A stretch of DNA of 64,000 bases from Acholeplasmataceae bacterium UBA2284 (GTDB lineage: Bacteria; Bacillota_I; Bacilli_A; Acholeplasmatales; Acholeplasmataceae). The stretch spans positions 69,009 to 133,008 of the forward strand of contig DDWO01000023.1 of NCBI GenBank assembly GCA_002345705.1, in the 5' to 3' direction. This document shows, piece after piece, positions 1 through 10,500 of this stretch. Under the pieces are notes generated by a model. That model made no database searches. It was not told where the DNA came from and saw nothing but the letters and a program-made list of their open reading frames with translations. Position 1 is the first letter of the stretch. Each line of letters starts with the position of its first letter. The translations under genes were made by a program, and so were the position numbers.

Positions 1-1265
1 CAATTGATGAAGGCTATGTCATCGCTAATGATGAGGTAGACTTTATCAACGCGCTATTAGATTCAGGCACAAAAATTATAGAGATAACTAACGATTTAAA
101 TATGGGCTCTAAGGAAGTTGCTGAAAAACTTGCTCTAGCAGGTATGAATTTAGAACAGGTGCGCTCAGTCTATCGCCCACACTCTAGACAACCTATTATG
201 CATCCGATACTTAAGGAATCTGGTGTCGGAGTCGTAAGAATTGTTTTAAGAAATGATTTGATGATTTTTTCAAAAGCAGGATCAACCATCAAGCATACAT
301 CATTTTTAATAGATGGCTCTGCAAATATTGTCTTTAGAAATCTTCATTTCTCAGAGCTATGGGAATGGGATGAATTAGATAAGGGTACCTATAAAAGAAA
401 TGATTGGGACTATTTTACAGTCGAAAAATCAAATGGCATCTGGTTCGACCACCTGACCTTTGATCAAGCCTATGATGGAATCATCGATGCGAAAGAAGAA
501 AGCAAGCATATGACTCTATCATGGTCAAAGCTAAACTTTAGAGAAAATGATTTTATTCGGGCACAAATCGACTACCTAGAAGAAAATATCGAAGATTATG
601 AATTTTACAAAAGCTTAAGAGACTCAAATATCTCCAAGGAAGATATCACAACCTTTGCTAGCTTCCAGAAAAAAGGATTTAATCTTGGAAATACTACTGA
701 TGGTGAAGGCTTTGAAACAATCACCATGACATTCCATCATCTAGAAGTCTTTAACCTAATGGATAGAATGCCAAGATTAAGAAAAGGTGATGTACATCTT
801 TATCATGTCATTGTTGATAACGAAGAATTATACAGACTTAGATTAAAAATAAATCATCCTGACCTCAGCTTTGTCAATCAAGGAATGGTACCTACTGAAG
901 ATGGAGTAATCTTAATGGAGAATAGCATCTATAAATATGTAACAACTCCAATTAGAAACCACCAAGATTCCAATCCAGATTCAAAGTATACTGGCAAATA
1001 TATGGTTATCAATAGTGAACTCATCATGCCAACAAGAACTTATTTTGGATCCTCATTTACGCAAAGTTCACTTTGGGTTCATACCAATCCTAACCCTTCA
1101 ATACCTTTTGAATTTAGGAATTATGAAGAAATACCCTATCAGTATTATTTAGAAGATATTTACTATCTACCCAACACATTTACAAATTATCCAACAGGAC
1201 ATCAAATCATAGCAGATTTCAACTGGCTATATATCAATTTAAATTTACATGTTAAAGGAGCATAA
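1..1265 (+). CDS. Pectate lyase, polysaccharide lyase family 1 (5'-truncated by the window edge)
   Basis: Frame is open from base 3 (IDEGYVIANDEVDFINALLDSGTKIIEITNDLNMG...), so the ATG at 102 is internal. PL1 motifs GIWFDH (vWiDH), YDGIID and DRMPRLRKG (RxPxxR). Confidence 0.85.
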   Translation, partial: IDEGYVIANDEVDFINALLDSGTKIIEITNDLNMGSKEVAEKLALAGMNLEQVRSVYRPHSRQPIMHPILKESGVGVVRIVLRNDLMIFSKAGSTIKHTSFLIDGSANIVFRNLHFSELWEWDELDKGTYKRNDWDYFTVEKSNGIWFDHLTFDQAYDGIIDAKEESKHMTLSWSKLNFRENDFIRAQIDYLEENIEDYEFYKSLRDSNISKEDITTFASFQKKGFNLGNTTDGEGFETITMTFHHLEVFNLMDRMPRLRKGDVHLYHVIVDNEELYRLRLKINHPDLSFVNQGMVPTEDGVILMENSIYKYVTTPIRNHQDSNPDSKYTGKYMVINSELIMPTRTYFGSSFTQSSLWVHTNPNPSIPFEFRNYEEIPYQYYLEDIYYLPNTFTNYPTGHQIIADFNWLYINLNLHVKGA

Positions 1266-1269
1266 AAAT

Positions 1270-2592
1270 ATGAAAAAAACGTTATTATTAATATCTTTAC
1301 TCATCACGGCACTTATTTTAGTCGCTTGTGGCGGATCATCAGATGATGATACGGTAATCAAATTTGCATGGTGGGGTACTTCAGATAGAAATATCGCTAC
1401 CTACAAGGCAATTGAGCTTTTTGAAGAGAAATATCCACAGTATTCTGTCCAGGGTGAACAAGCACCATGGAATGGTTATCAACAAACATTAAACAACCGT
1501 TTAAATCGTGGAACTGAAGCAGATGTATTTCAGGTGAACTACAACTGGATTTATTCTATGTACGGTGAGGATTACTTTATGGATATCCAAGAGCTTGATA
1601 TTGATTTGTCTAAATATCCAACAAATGAACATGCTCCACTGACTGTTGGAGGAAAAGTACTAGGCCTATCAATCTCTGAAACGGGTTATGTTTTCTACTT
1701 GAATAAATCAGTTTATCAAGGTGCAGGAGTCAATGTTGAAGATATTAAGACTTGGGAAGATTTAATACAAGCAGGAAATACAATTAGTACAGTCACTCCA
1801 GGTAAGTTTGCTTTAGGTAGAATGGACGCACAACAGGTTGCGATTATGATGTTTAGCTATTTAGCTCAAAAAACCGGTAAAAATGTAATCAACTCAAACA
1901 ATGAACTCAATTTTACTCAAGCAGAGCTTATTGATGGCTTTAACTTCATCAGTGATTTAAGAAACAATGGAGTTTTAATCTCATCTAATGCAGTGGATAC
2001 ACATATTGATGGACCAACCAATCCAAATTGGACATCTGAAAAATATGGTGGTGTTCTTCAATGGAATACAGCAATTTCAGAATATCAAAACACATTACCT
2101 AATGGTGGAGCCAATCTTCACATGGCAGGATTATTCCAACAGGAAGTTGGAGAGCAGCTAGGTATGTATAAGAAGGTTTCCATGGCATATGCTGTTTCTA
2201 AGCGTGTAGAAGAATCAGAAGCGAAGAAGGAAGCAGTTAAAACATTCCTTGAATTTATGACAACTGATCCAGAAGCAGTTGAAATTCTTGGTGTTGACCG
2301 TGGTGTATCTAATAATTCTGAAACACAATCTATTTTAATGGCTGCAACAAATAAGAACTTCACAGATTCATTAGAGTGGAAGGGACATATGGTTGTTCAA
2401 ACGTTATTTAATCATCAATTAACTTTAAGTCAAAATTTATATATTCATCCTTATTATGAACACAACACATTTAGAGCGATTTATGAATCGCCAATCGAAT
2501 CATTCCTATTAAACAATATCAATGCAAATGAAGCAGCTTCAAGAATTATTAACAGATTTAATACTGAGCTCAAAAGAGCTATGGAAGGATAA
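1270..2592 (+). CDS. Sugar ABC transporter substrate-binding lipoprotein, TogB-like (oligogalacturonide)
   Basis: SD AAGGAG at 1255-1260 favours ATG 1270. Lipobox LVAC; FAWWG...R and EADVFQVNYNW resemble TogB-type binding proteins; pectate lyase context. Confidence 0.8.
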   Translation: MKKTLLLISLLITALILVACGGSSDDDTVIKFAWWGTSDRNIATYKAIELFEEKYPQYSVQGEQAPWNGYQQTLNNRLNRGTEADVFQVNYNWIYSMYGEDYFMDIQELDIDLSKYPTNEHAPLTVGGKVLGLSISETGYVFYLNKSVYQGAGVNVEDIKTWEDLIQAGNTISTVTPGKFALGRMDAQQVAIMMFSYLAQKTGKNVINSNNELNFTQAELIDGFNFISDLRNNGVLISSNAVDTHIDGPTNPNWTSEKYGGVLQWNTAISEYQNTLPNGGANLHMAGLFQQEVGEQLGMYKKVSMAYAVSKRVEESEAKKEAVKTFLEFMTTDPEAVEILGVDRGVSNNSETQSILMAATNKNFTDSLEWKGHMVVQTLFNHQLTLSQNLYIHPYYEHNTFRAIYESPIESFLLNNINANEAASRIINRFNTELKRAMEG

Positions 2593-2595
2593 TAT

Positions 2596-3477
2596 ATGGT
2601 TGGAGAAAAGAAATGGGTCCCCTACGCTCTATTAGGACCTTGGATCGTAGGCTTTCTATTATTTAAACTTTATCCATTTATAAGCTCGTTTGTGATGAGC
2701 TTGTATCAAACCAGAGGTAGAAATTCTACCTTTGTTGGCTTTGCTAATTTTCAATTACTCTTTGATTCATCAGCGTATGTAGGTGAACAATTTATGAATT
2801 CACTGAAGGTTACATTTATTTATGTATTCTTCACAGTGCCTTTAATTCTTGTTGTTTCACTTCTTATTGCCTATGTTCTCGCTAAAAAACTAAAGGGAGT
2901 TGGTTTCTTTAGAACAGCGTTTTATATGCCTACAGTTCTAGGTGCCAATATCGCTATTATCATTTTATGGAGATACATTTTTGAATACAACGGATTAATC
3001 AATCAAGGACTAGCAATATTTGGAGTGTCACCAGTCAGCTGGTTAGGTACTCCAGGTGGTGCAATGGGCTCCATTGTAGCTCTTAGAGTATGGCAGTTTG
3101 GTTCAACGATGTTAATCTTTTTAAATGCACTTAAAAATGTTCCAGAATCCTTATACGAAGCAGCAACTATTGATGGTGCAGGTAAAACGAGACAGTTTCT
3201 ATCGATTACTGTCCCAATGATTACTCCAATTATTTTATTTAACGCAGTTATGCGTCTTGTTGAAACCTTTCAGGTATTCACAGGACCAATGCTAATTACT
3301 AATGGCGGACCAGAGGATTCAACAAGAGTATTAAACATGCTCATTTATGAAATAGCGTTCGCAGGTGGAGATTTGAATTTAGGTAGTGCGATGTCATGGA
3401 TTTTATTTCTAATCATCATGCTCTTTACGGTTCTGATATTTAGATCGTCTAAATATTGGGTCCATTATCAGGATTGA
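2596..3477 (+). CDS. Carbohydrate ABC transporter permease (TogM-like)
   Basis: Multiple TM segments; EAA loop LYEAATIDGA; C-terminal SSKYWVHY. Confidence 0.9.
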   Translation: MVGEKKWVPYALLGPWIVGFLLFKLYPFISSFVMSLYQTRGRNSTFVGFANFQLLFDSSAYVGEQFMNSLKVTFIYVFFTVPLILVVSLLIAYVLAKKLKGVGFFRTAFYMPTVLGANIAIIILWRYIFEYNGLINQGLAIFGVSPVSWLGTPGGAMGSIVALRVWQFGSTMLIFLNALKNVPESLYEAATIDGAGKTRQFLSITVPMITPIILFNAVMRLVETFQVFTGPMLITNGGPEDSTRVLNMLIYEIAFAGGDLNLGSAMSWILFLIIMLFTVLIFRSSKYWVHYQD

Positions 3478-3478
3478 G

Positions 3479-4396
3479 GTGAAAAACATGACAGAAGCTC
3501 AAAAAAGAATTCAAACCGATAAGCTCAAGAAAAATATTAAGCAAGGTGTTAAATACACAATTATTGTTGGTGCAGCATTTGTAATGCTATATCCGCTTCT
3601 TTGGATTGTAGGAGCATCATTTAGCGCAAGTGCAAACGAATCATTTTGGTTTATTCCAAGAGAAGTCACTTTAATTGGTTGGAAGGAATCCTTAACCGCT
3701 CCAGGCTGGGGTAGTGCACAGGGATATTCATTACTTAGAGCACTATGGAATACACTTCAATATGTTATTCCACATGTACTCTTTGGAACCTTTTCAACAC
3801 TTATTACAGCTTATGTAATTACTAGAATGCATTTCAAGGGTAAAAAGCTAATATTTGCATTAATTATAGGAACGTTATTAATGCCAAATACAGTATTTAG
3901 AATTCCTTTATACGCATTTTGGACAAGTGGAGCAATCTCTCCAATTTGGGAAAACTCAAATGTTCCATTTATGGCATATTTCCCATTGTGGGCAGGATCG
4001 GTATTTGCAGTCAACTCATTCTCGGTATTTATGTTTATTCAGTTCTTTAGAACGATACCTAGAGATTTAGATGAAGCTGCATATATGGATGGTGCCAATA
4101 AGTTTCAAGTATTATTCTATGTATTAATGCCAGTTTTAAAGCCGATAGTTATGACCGTAGCACTCCTATTATTTATTGCAGAATTTAATGACTATCAAGG
4201 ACCACTAATTTATCAAGGGGCAACCAAATCACTTCCTCTGGGCTTAGTTTTACCTCAGCTTGGACTTGATTCAACCAATACGTATGCCCATGTATATGCT
4301 AGATCGATTGTTTCAGTATCCGTATTAATTATCATTTTCTTTGCAGCACAAAGATATTTTGTTGGTAATGATGCAGATTCTGCAATCAAGGGATAG
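3479..4396 (+). CDS. Carbohydrate ABC transporter permease (TogN-like)
   Basis: EAA loop LDEAAYMDGA; ends in AIKG. Start may be ATG 3488. Confidence 0.9.
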   Translation: MKNMTEAQKRIQTDKLKKNIKQGVKYTIIVGAAFVMLYPLLWIVGASFSASANESFWFIPREVTLIGWKESLTAPGWGSAQGYSLLRALWNTLQYVIPHVLFGTFSTLITAYVITRMHFKGKKLIFALIIGTLLMPNTVFRIPLYAFWTSGAISPIWENSNVPFMAYFPLWAGSVFAVNSFSVFMFIQFFRTIPRDLDEAAYMDGANKFQVLFYVLMPVLKPIVMTVALLLFIAEFNDYQGPLIYQGATKSLPLGLVLPQLGLDSTNTYAHVYARSIVSVSVLIIIFFAAQRYFVGNDADSAIKG

Positions 4397-4408
4397 AAGG
4401 AGGTAATT

Positions 4409-5281
4409 ATGAAAAAAAGATATATTTTGGTTCTACTCATTTTACTAACACTATTAGTAGGGTGTACAAGTGAACCAATAGATGAAACCAACGACAATGG
4501 AATCATAATCAGTGAGTGTAGAGATACTCCACTTGCTGCAGGATGCTATATTCCATCTGATGATTTAAATCACATATCAACAGATCCTGTTGAATATTTG
4601 ATTACAGAGGATTTTGATACTGAACGTGTTGGACAAGCACCTAGAAATTGGTTGCTTTATAAGAATCAAGAGTATAAAGCAGACGGTGTTAGAGCAATTA
4701 TAGCTGAAGCAGATGGTGGAAATCGTTATGTCAGAATGTATTCTGATGGACTGCGTGCACCAGCTTACCCTCAATCAGCACCAACTCCTACATTTATTTT
4801 TACTACCAAGTTCAATTTAGATATTGATCGTAAGGGTGTTGCATATGGATCAGTGATGATTCCTAGTGAAGTGACTTCAAATGCAGTGACTTTAGGTGTA
4901 TCCACCGGTGCAGTGAACGCGATTTCAGTTGTCATTGGTGCCGATAGAAAAGTCAGCGTCAAGGTTGGTGGACCATTCTTCTATTATTCAGGCTCTGGCG
5001 ATGGTGGTAGTGAATACGCTACAGCATTTACCCTATCTAAGGATATTTGGTACAACTTTAGGTTTGAATGGGATGCAGCATTAAACGAAGTGAAGGCATT
5101 CATCATCATAGAAGAAGTTGAAACAATGCTTTACTCAGGAGAATTCCATATTAGTAATAGAGTCAATGCAGAAACAAGCGGAGCAATTTTAGTTCCCAAT
5201 GTATTTAAGGTAACAATGCCAAGATACTCCAGTGGATGGGCATACTTAGATAACGTAATTGTAGAAAGAAAGGGTGAATAG
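4409..5281 (+). CDS. Uncharacterised lipoprotein, probable beta-jelly-roll (lectin/ConA-like) domain
   Basis: SD AGGAGG; lipobox LVGC; beta-rich pattern EDFD...WYNFRFEWD...AYLDNV. Confidence 0.55.
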   Translation: MKKRYILVLLILLTLLVGCTSEPIDETNDNGIIISECRDTPLAAGCYIPSDDLNHISTDPVEYLITEDFDTERVGQAPRNWLLYKNQEYKADGVRAIIAEADGGNRYVRMYSDGLRAPAYPQSAPTPTFIFTTKFNLDIDRKGVAYGSVMIPSEVTSNAVTLGVSTGAVNAISVVIGADRKVSVKVGGPFFYYSGSGDGGSEYATAFTLSKDIWYNFRFEWDAALNEVKAFIIIEEVETMLYSGEFHISNRVNAETSGAILVPNVFKVTMPRYSSGWAYLDNVIVERKGE

Positions 5282-5282
5282 C

Positions 5283-7055
5283 ATGAAAAAAGTACTATTG
5301 TTATTATTAATCCTTTTTACTTCGATATTTCTATTGCCTTCAGTTAATGTTAAAGCATCTAATCTACCCTATACAGATGAAGATTATGCTAGACTTCATG
5401 CAGTCATTCAACACGTTGAAAACACTCTGAAGTATGGTCATGAATATAATGAAAATACTAAATTATTACCTGATGCTATAAATACCTTAACAGGTGAGCC
5501 TGCACGATGGACATTTCCAAATCGTGCACAGGTACCCTACGCAAATCTAGCAAATCAACAAAATTTCTTTAGAACACTAGTTGCCCTATCCAATGTAACT
5601 GGCAGTGACAAGTATAAGAATGAAGCTGTTGATATCATGGGTGAGTTTATGTCTGATTATCAAAGCCCTAATGGACTCTTTTATTGGGGTGGACATCGTG
5701 CGATTAATCTAGATACCATGCAGGTTCAATCTACAGAAGGTCCAAATGGACCACATGAATTAAAAAATATGATGCCTTATTATGAGCTCATGATGGAAGT
5801 AAATGAAGAAGCTACCCTAAAATTCATGAGACAATTGTGGACAGCGCATTTCTATTGGTCAACAACAGATATGAATAGACATGGCTCTTATTCCACTGCA
5901 TATGATACAAATGTATTTGGTCAAACCATACCAGCGGATGTCATCGTGATGGATGGTCAAGGAAATCCAATTATTCCACAAGACTCTCCAGGGTTATTAC
6001 CATTTGTGAATTCAGCAACAGACCTTGCCTATGCAGCTTTTGCACTATCAAATCACACCTATGATTCAGTACCTGCTGAATGGGCTAAGTATTTAATGAG
6101 ACAATACAATTTAGCATCCAATCCAATTACTGGAATGACTGTTTATCAGTTTAAATCAACCTTAGTGACTAGATCACCTATTGAATGTGCAGACCCTGCA
6201 TACACCAATTCAGGTTGTGGTGATAGAGTTGCTAGACAATTTAGAGACTTTGGTTCGATTGCAAGAGAACCAAATGTCGCTTGGAAAAATACACAAGCAA
6301 TTTATGTAGATAATATTTTAATGCTTCTAGAGGCTGCTGATAAGTATGGTGTTTCTCACTTTGCTGATTGGGCTAGAGATTATATGGAAGGCTATCTAGA
6401 ATATGCATATATTCGTATTGATGGAAGAAATAAAATCATTCCAATGTTTATTGATGGAACAGTAACCTATGGTTATATCGTTCCTGAGGTTGGATACTTT
6501 GGACCATCTAATATGAGATTAGATTATGTTGATATGCCAACAACTTATTTACTACCTATCCTAAGAACTATACTTCAACAGGATAATGATCAAGATAAGG
6601 TTAAGCTTTGGGGATATTTTAGAGATATCGTCTATACCTACGGCATCGGTGATATTGGAGAACTTGGTGGAGCAAAACCAAATCTAAATGTGGATACCTC
6701 TATTGATGATCCATTCGCCTTAATGACCATGGTTGAATTATATGATGAAACGAAGAACCCTGCATATTTAGAGGTTGCTAGAACAATAGGGAATAATATC
6801 GTAAGAGAAAAATTCCATCGTGGATTCTTTGTTCAAAATGAAATTATGCTTTATTCAAGATTAGATCAACCAGACACACTTGCATTACTATCATTAGATG
6901 CAGTACTTCGTTGTATTCCTCTAAAGGATATGCCATTCTACCTAGCGGATTCTGGTTATATTCATGGATACCTATTATCAGATGATGGGGTCGTTGAGGA
7001 TCGAAGTTACACACAAAATGTAATCTACACCAAGACGATTTTTGATTGGGAGTGA
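5283..7055 (+). CDS. Secreted pectate lyase, polysaccharide lyase family 2
   Basis: Signal peptide MKKVLLLLL...VKA; PL2 motifs NLANQQNFFR, GLFYWGGH, HELK, PYYELM, NRH, GDR. Confidence 0.85.
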   Translation: MKKVLLLLLILFTSIFLLPSVNVKASNLPYTDEDYARLHAVIQHVENTLKYGHEYNENTKLLPDAINTLTGEPARWTFPNRAQVPYANLANQQNFFRTLVALSNVTGSDKYKNEAVDIMGEFMSDYQSPNGLFYWGGHRAINLDTMQVQSTEGPNGPHELKNMMPYYELMMEVNEEATLKFMRQLWTAHFYWSTTDMNRHGSYSTAYDTNVFGQTIPADVIVMDGQGNPIIPQDSPGLLPFVNSATDLAYAAFALSNHTYDSVPAEWAKYLMRQYNLASNPITGMTVYQFKSTLVTRSPIECADPAYTNSGCGDRVARQFRDFGSIAREPNVAWKNTQAIYVDNILMLLEAADKYGVSHFADWARDYMEGYLEYAYIRIDGRNKIIPMFIDGTVTYGYIVPEVGYFGPSNMRLDYVDMPTTYLLPILRTILQQDNDQDKVKLWGYFRDIVYTYGIGDIGELGGAKPNLNVDTSIDDPFALMTMVELYDETKNPAYLEVARTIGNNIVREKFHRGFFVQNEIMLYSRLDQPDTLALLSLDAVLRCIPLKDMPFYLADSGYIHGYLLSDDGVVEDRSYTQNVIYTKTIFDWE

Positions 7056-7059
7056 TGAT

Positions 7060-7524
7060 ATGAAAAAATTACTATTATTATTAATGATTGTCATCACAGT
7101 CTTTGGACTGATTGGATGTCAAGCAGAAGAAACGATACCTACAGATGATATTGTTGTTGATACAGCCTATGCACTTTTAATGGATGCAGAAGATTTATCA
7201 GGAATGGCAGATAAAACAAAATCAGTAATTCGTGTTGCTGGTTCATTAGGGTTACCTACTGAATATCGTGGTGTAATGATAACCTATAGTTCAAGAAATG
7301 AAGACATCATTAGCAATACTGGCGTCGTTACGCTTCCAACAGAATGTTGGATTGAAAGTAGAGACCAACAAGGATTGAAGAAGGCAGAGTTTGAAGGCTT
7401 AAATGACAACTGGCCAATCGTATTAGATGTATTACTTAGCTATCAAGGTCAGTCAAGAACTGCAAAATTGTTATTCGTTGTAGCTCCTTCAGAGGGGTTT
7501 ACATGTAATAAATATTTAGGATAA
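7060..7524 (+). CDS. Small lipoprotein with a single Ig-like domain
   Basis: Lipobox LIGC; LPT...ITYSS...IIS.TGVVT.P pattern of atrophied bacterial Ig-type domains. Confidence 0.55.
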   Translation: MKKLLLLLMIVITVFGLIGCQAEETIPTDDIVVDTAYALLMDAEDLSGMADKTKSVIRVAGSLGLPTEYRGVMITYSSRNEDIISNTGVVTLPTECWIESRDQQGLKKAEFEGLNDNWPIVLDVLLSYQGQSRTAKLLFVVAPSEGFTCNKYLG

Positions 7525-7534
7525 GGGAGGATTT

Positions 7535-10500
7535 ATGAGAAAAATACTTAGTATAATATCAGTCTTACTATTCGTATTGGTGCTTGTAGCATGTGGTAGT
7601 AAATCATATACAGTCACATTCAATTCGAATGAAGGAACATCTATTCAAGCAATTGAAGTTAAAGAAGGTGAAACCTTTAGCGCTCCAACAGCACCTACGA
7701 AGGAAGGATTCGTTTTTGATGGTTGGTATAAGGAAAGCACTTTAACCAACAGTTGGAATTTTGAAACCGATACAGTCACAGCAAACATAACACTCTATGC
7801 GAAATGGTCGGTCGCAGGATTAACAGATCAACAAAAGGTGGATGCTGCGCATGCCGCACTTACATTACCTGACATCACAAATTTAACCAATAGTTCACCT
7901 AGATTAATACTTCCAGCAAGTGGTGCAAATAGCGTTACCATTACATGGGCTATTAGCAAGCTTGAGTATATCGCAGCAAATGGTGTGATTACTCAGCCTA
8001 CATTTGAGGAAGGCGATCAAGCAGTTACACTCACAGCAACCATTTCATCAGGCACTGTAAGTCGTACCAAGGTGTTTAATGCAACTGTTAAAGCATTACC
8101 AAGTCTTGATCAAACAGAACCACTTATCAATGAAACTTTTGATTATTCACTTGGAAACATATTAGAGCAAACTACTCCTTGGGGTCCAGTATCTGGTAAA
8201 TCAGGTAATTCTGTATTTACGGTTGTTGACACCATCACTGGTATGTCAATTCCTAAGGGAAGTAATGCATTAAAGATTGAAGCATATCTTGAATTACAAA
8301 TAGAAGCACCTGTGGTTCACGCATATGACCTTGTTGTTTTTGAAGTTGATTTAATGCAAACAACATCATCTAATGGATCACCAGTAAATATTCAATCTTC
8401 ATCCTCAAGTCCAGTTGTAGCATTTGGCTTGGATGGTGCAGCATTATTTTATAGAACAGATAATGGTTCATTAATTAAAACAAATATTAATATTAACCAA
8501 TGGTATACATTGCGTGCTGAAGTCAATTTAGCAAATAAAACATTAGAGGTCTTCTACTATGAAGATGGACAGCTGATTTCAATGACTCCAGGTCCAGTAA
8601 CATTTACTGGTACAACGGCTTTACAAAGCCTATTCATTAGAAGTGGTAGCTCTAATACAACAGCACTTCGTGCTCCTGCGTATGTTACTAATATCGTAGC
8701 AAATCGTATTGAAGCACTACCAAGACCTGTTGAAGAAATTAAGCTAGGTACTGTTGAAGGAATAAGACCAACTGTCTCAATTGAAGAAGGTGCAACATTT
8801 ACTCCTGATACACCAACTATTCATAATTATTTCGGTAGTCAAAGAGCTTTAGTAGAAACAACAGAATATACATTAGCTGTTGATAACCCTGTAAATACAG
8901 CAGTAGCTGGTGACTATGTAGTTACCTACACATTTACAAATGTCAGTGACATTACTGATGTTAAGGTTGTCACACAAGAGGTTACCGTTTATGCAGTTGG
9001 ACAACCAAATGAAATCACTGGTGCAACAGCATCTATGGTTGGATATTTAGAAACAAATAGTGATATCACAGTTTCTTTAGTTCAACCTCAAGGAACTCTA
9101 TATTATTTACTCAGTTCAAATGCAACTGAAACAGCTGCAGCTATTATGCTAGGAACTAGCTTAACTGTAGATTCAGTATTAGTTACAATTAATGATCTAA
9201 ATGTTGGAAGTAATACACACATTCACTTTGTAGTAGCACTTAATGGTGAATCCAATGTATGGTCACATGCTTTATCATTTGAAGCAGTCAATATGATTAC
9301 AACAAAAGAACAATTTTATGCAATGGCAAGTGTTGAAACAACACAAAGCTATGCACTATCTAATGATCTTGATTTCACTGGATTTACATGGGCAACTACC
9401 AATGCATCATTTAAGGGTAGACTCTATGGTAATGGATTTACTGTTAAGAATTTAACGATGGATTCAACAACACAATACGGTGGTATCTTCTCAAGAGCAA
9501 ATGGAGCAATGATTAGAGATTTAGTTTTAGATAATATCAATATCGTTTCATCAGCTCGTGGTGGTGCTTTAATTGGTAGAGTTGAAAACGTTGCAGTCTT
9601 AATTGAAAATGTTGTGTTAATCAATTCAAATGTTCAAGGTGCCGACGCGAATGGTGTTGGTGGCTTAATCGGACATGCAGCAAATCAAGTGACATTAAAG
9701 AATGTAGCAGTTATTGATACAACAGTAACAGCAGTCGGCGTTAAAAATGTCGGTGGTGTTATCGGTCGTGTTGGTGGAGGATCATCAAACACATTATTTG
9801 CAACTGACGTATTCGTTAAAAATGTAACTGTCAATGCACAGGTTTCTGGTACGGATTTAGGTGCTGGTGCATTTGTTGGATATGTTACAGATAATGCAGC
9901 ATCTATTGTGAATGCAAATAGAGTTATTGTTGTAGATTCAACAGTCAATTCTGTTATGGGTGGTGCACTCATTGGATACTTAAGACATCCAGGTACTGCA
10001 ATAGTTACCAATGCTTATGTAGAAGTAACATTTACAGGAACTGACGTTACACATGCAGGTTTAATTGCTAGAGTCAATGAAGTATCATCATATTTGGATC
10101 AAACAACAATCTTTGGTTCATTCACAGGTGCAGTTCAAAATGCACAAACTCAAGATTTAGCAAATTCAGTTGTACCTACAAATCAAGCATGGTGGACAAC
10201 AAATCTTCCAACATTTGTAAATAATGACTTATGGTCATTTGGAACAAATGGTGTATTTGAATTGGTCATATATACTGAAAATAGTAAAGCAATGGTAGAA
10301 GTTACCCTAGATTATAATTTCGATATTCCTAATGAAGTGATTGAGATTAGACAAGATAACGTATTTAGCCATGGTGCACCATTAGTAGCTGGTTATAATT
10401 TTGTTGGCTGGTATACTGATGCAGAATTATTAACTGCTTTACAAAGCGGCTATGTAATCACTGTACCTGTAACAATTTATGGCAAGTATGAAGCATTACC

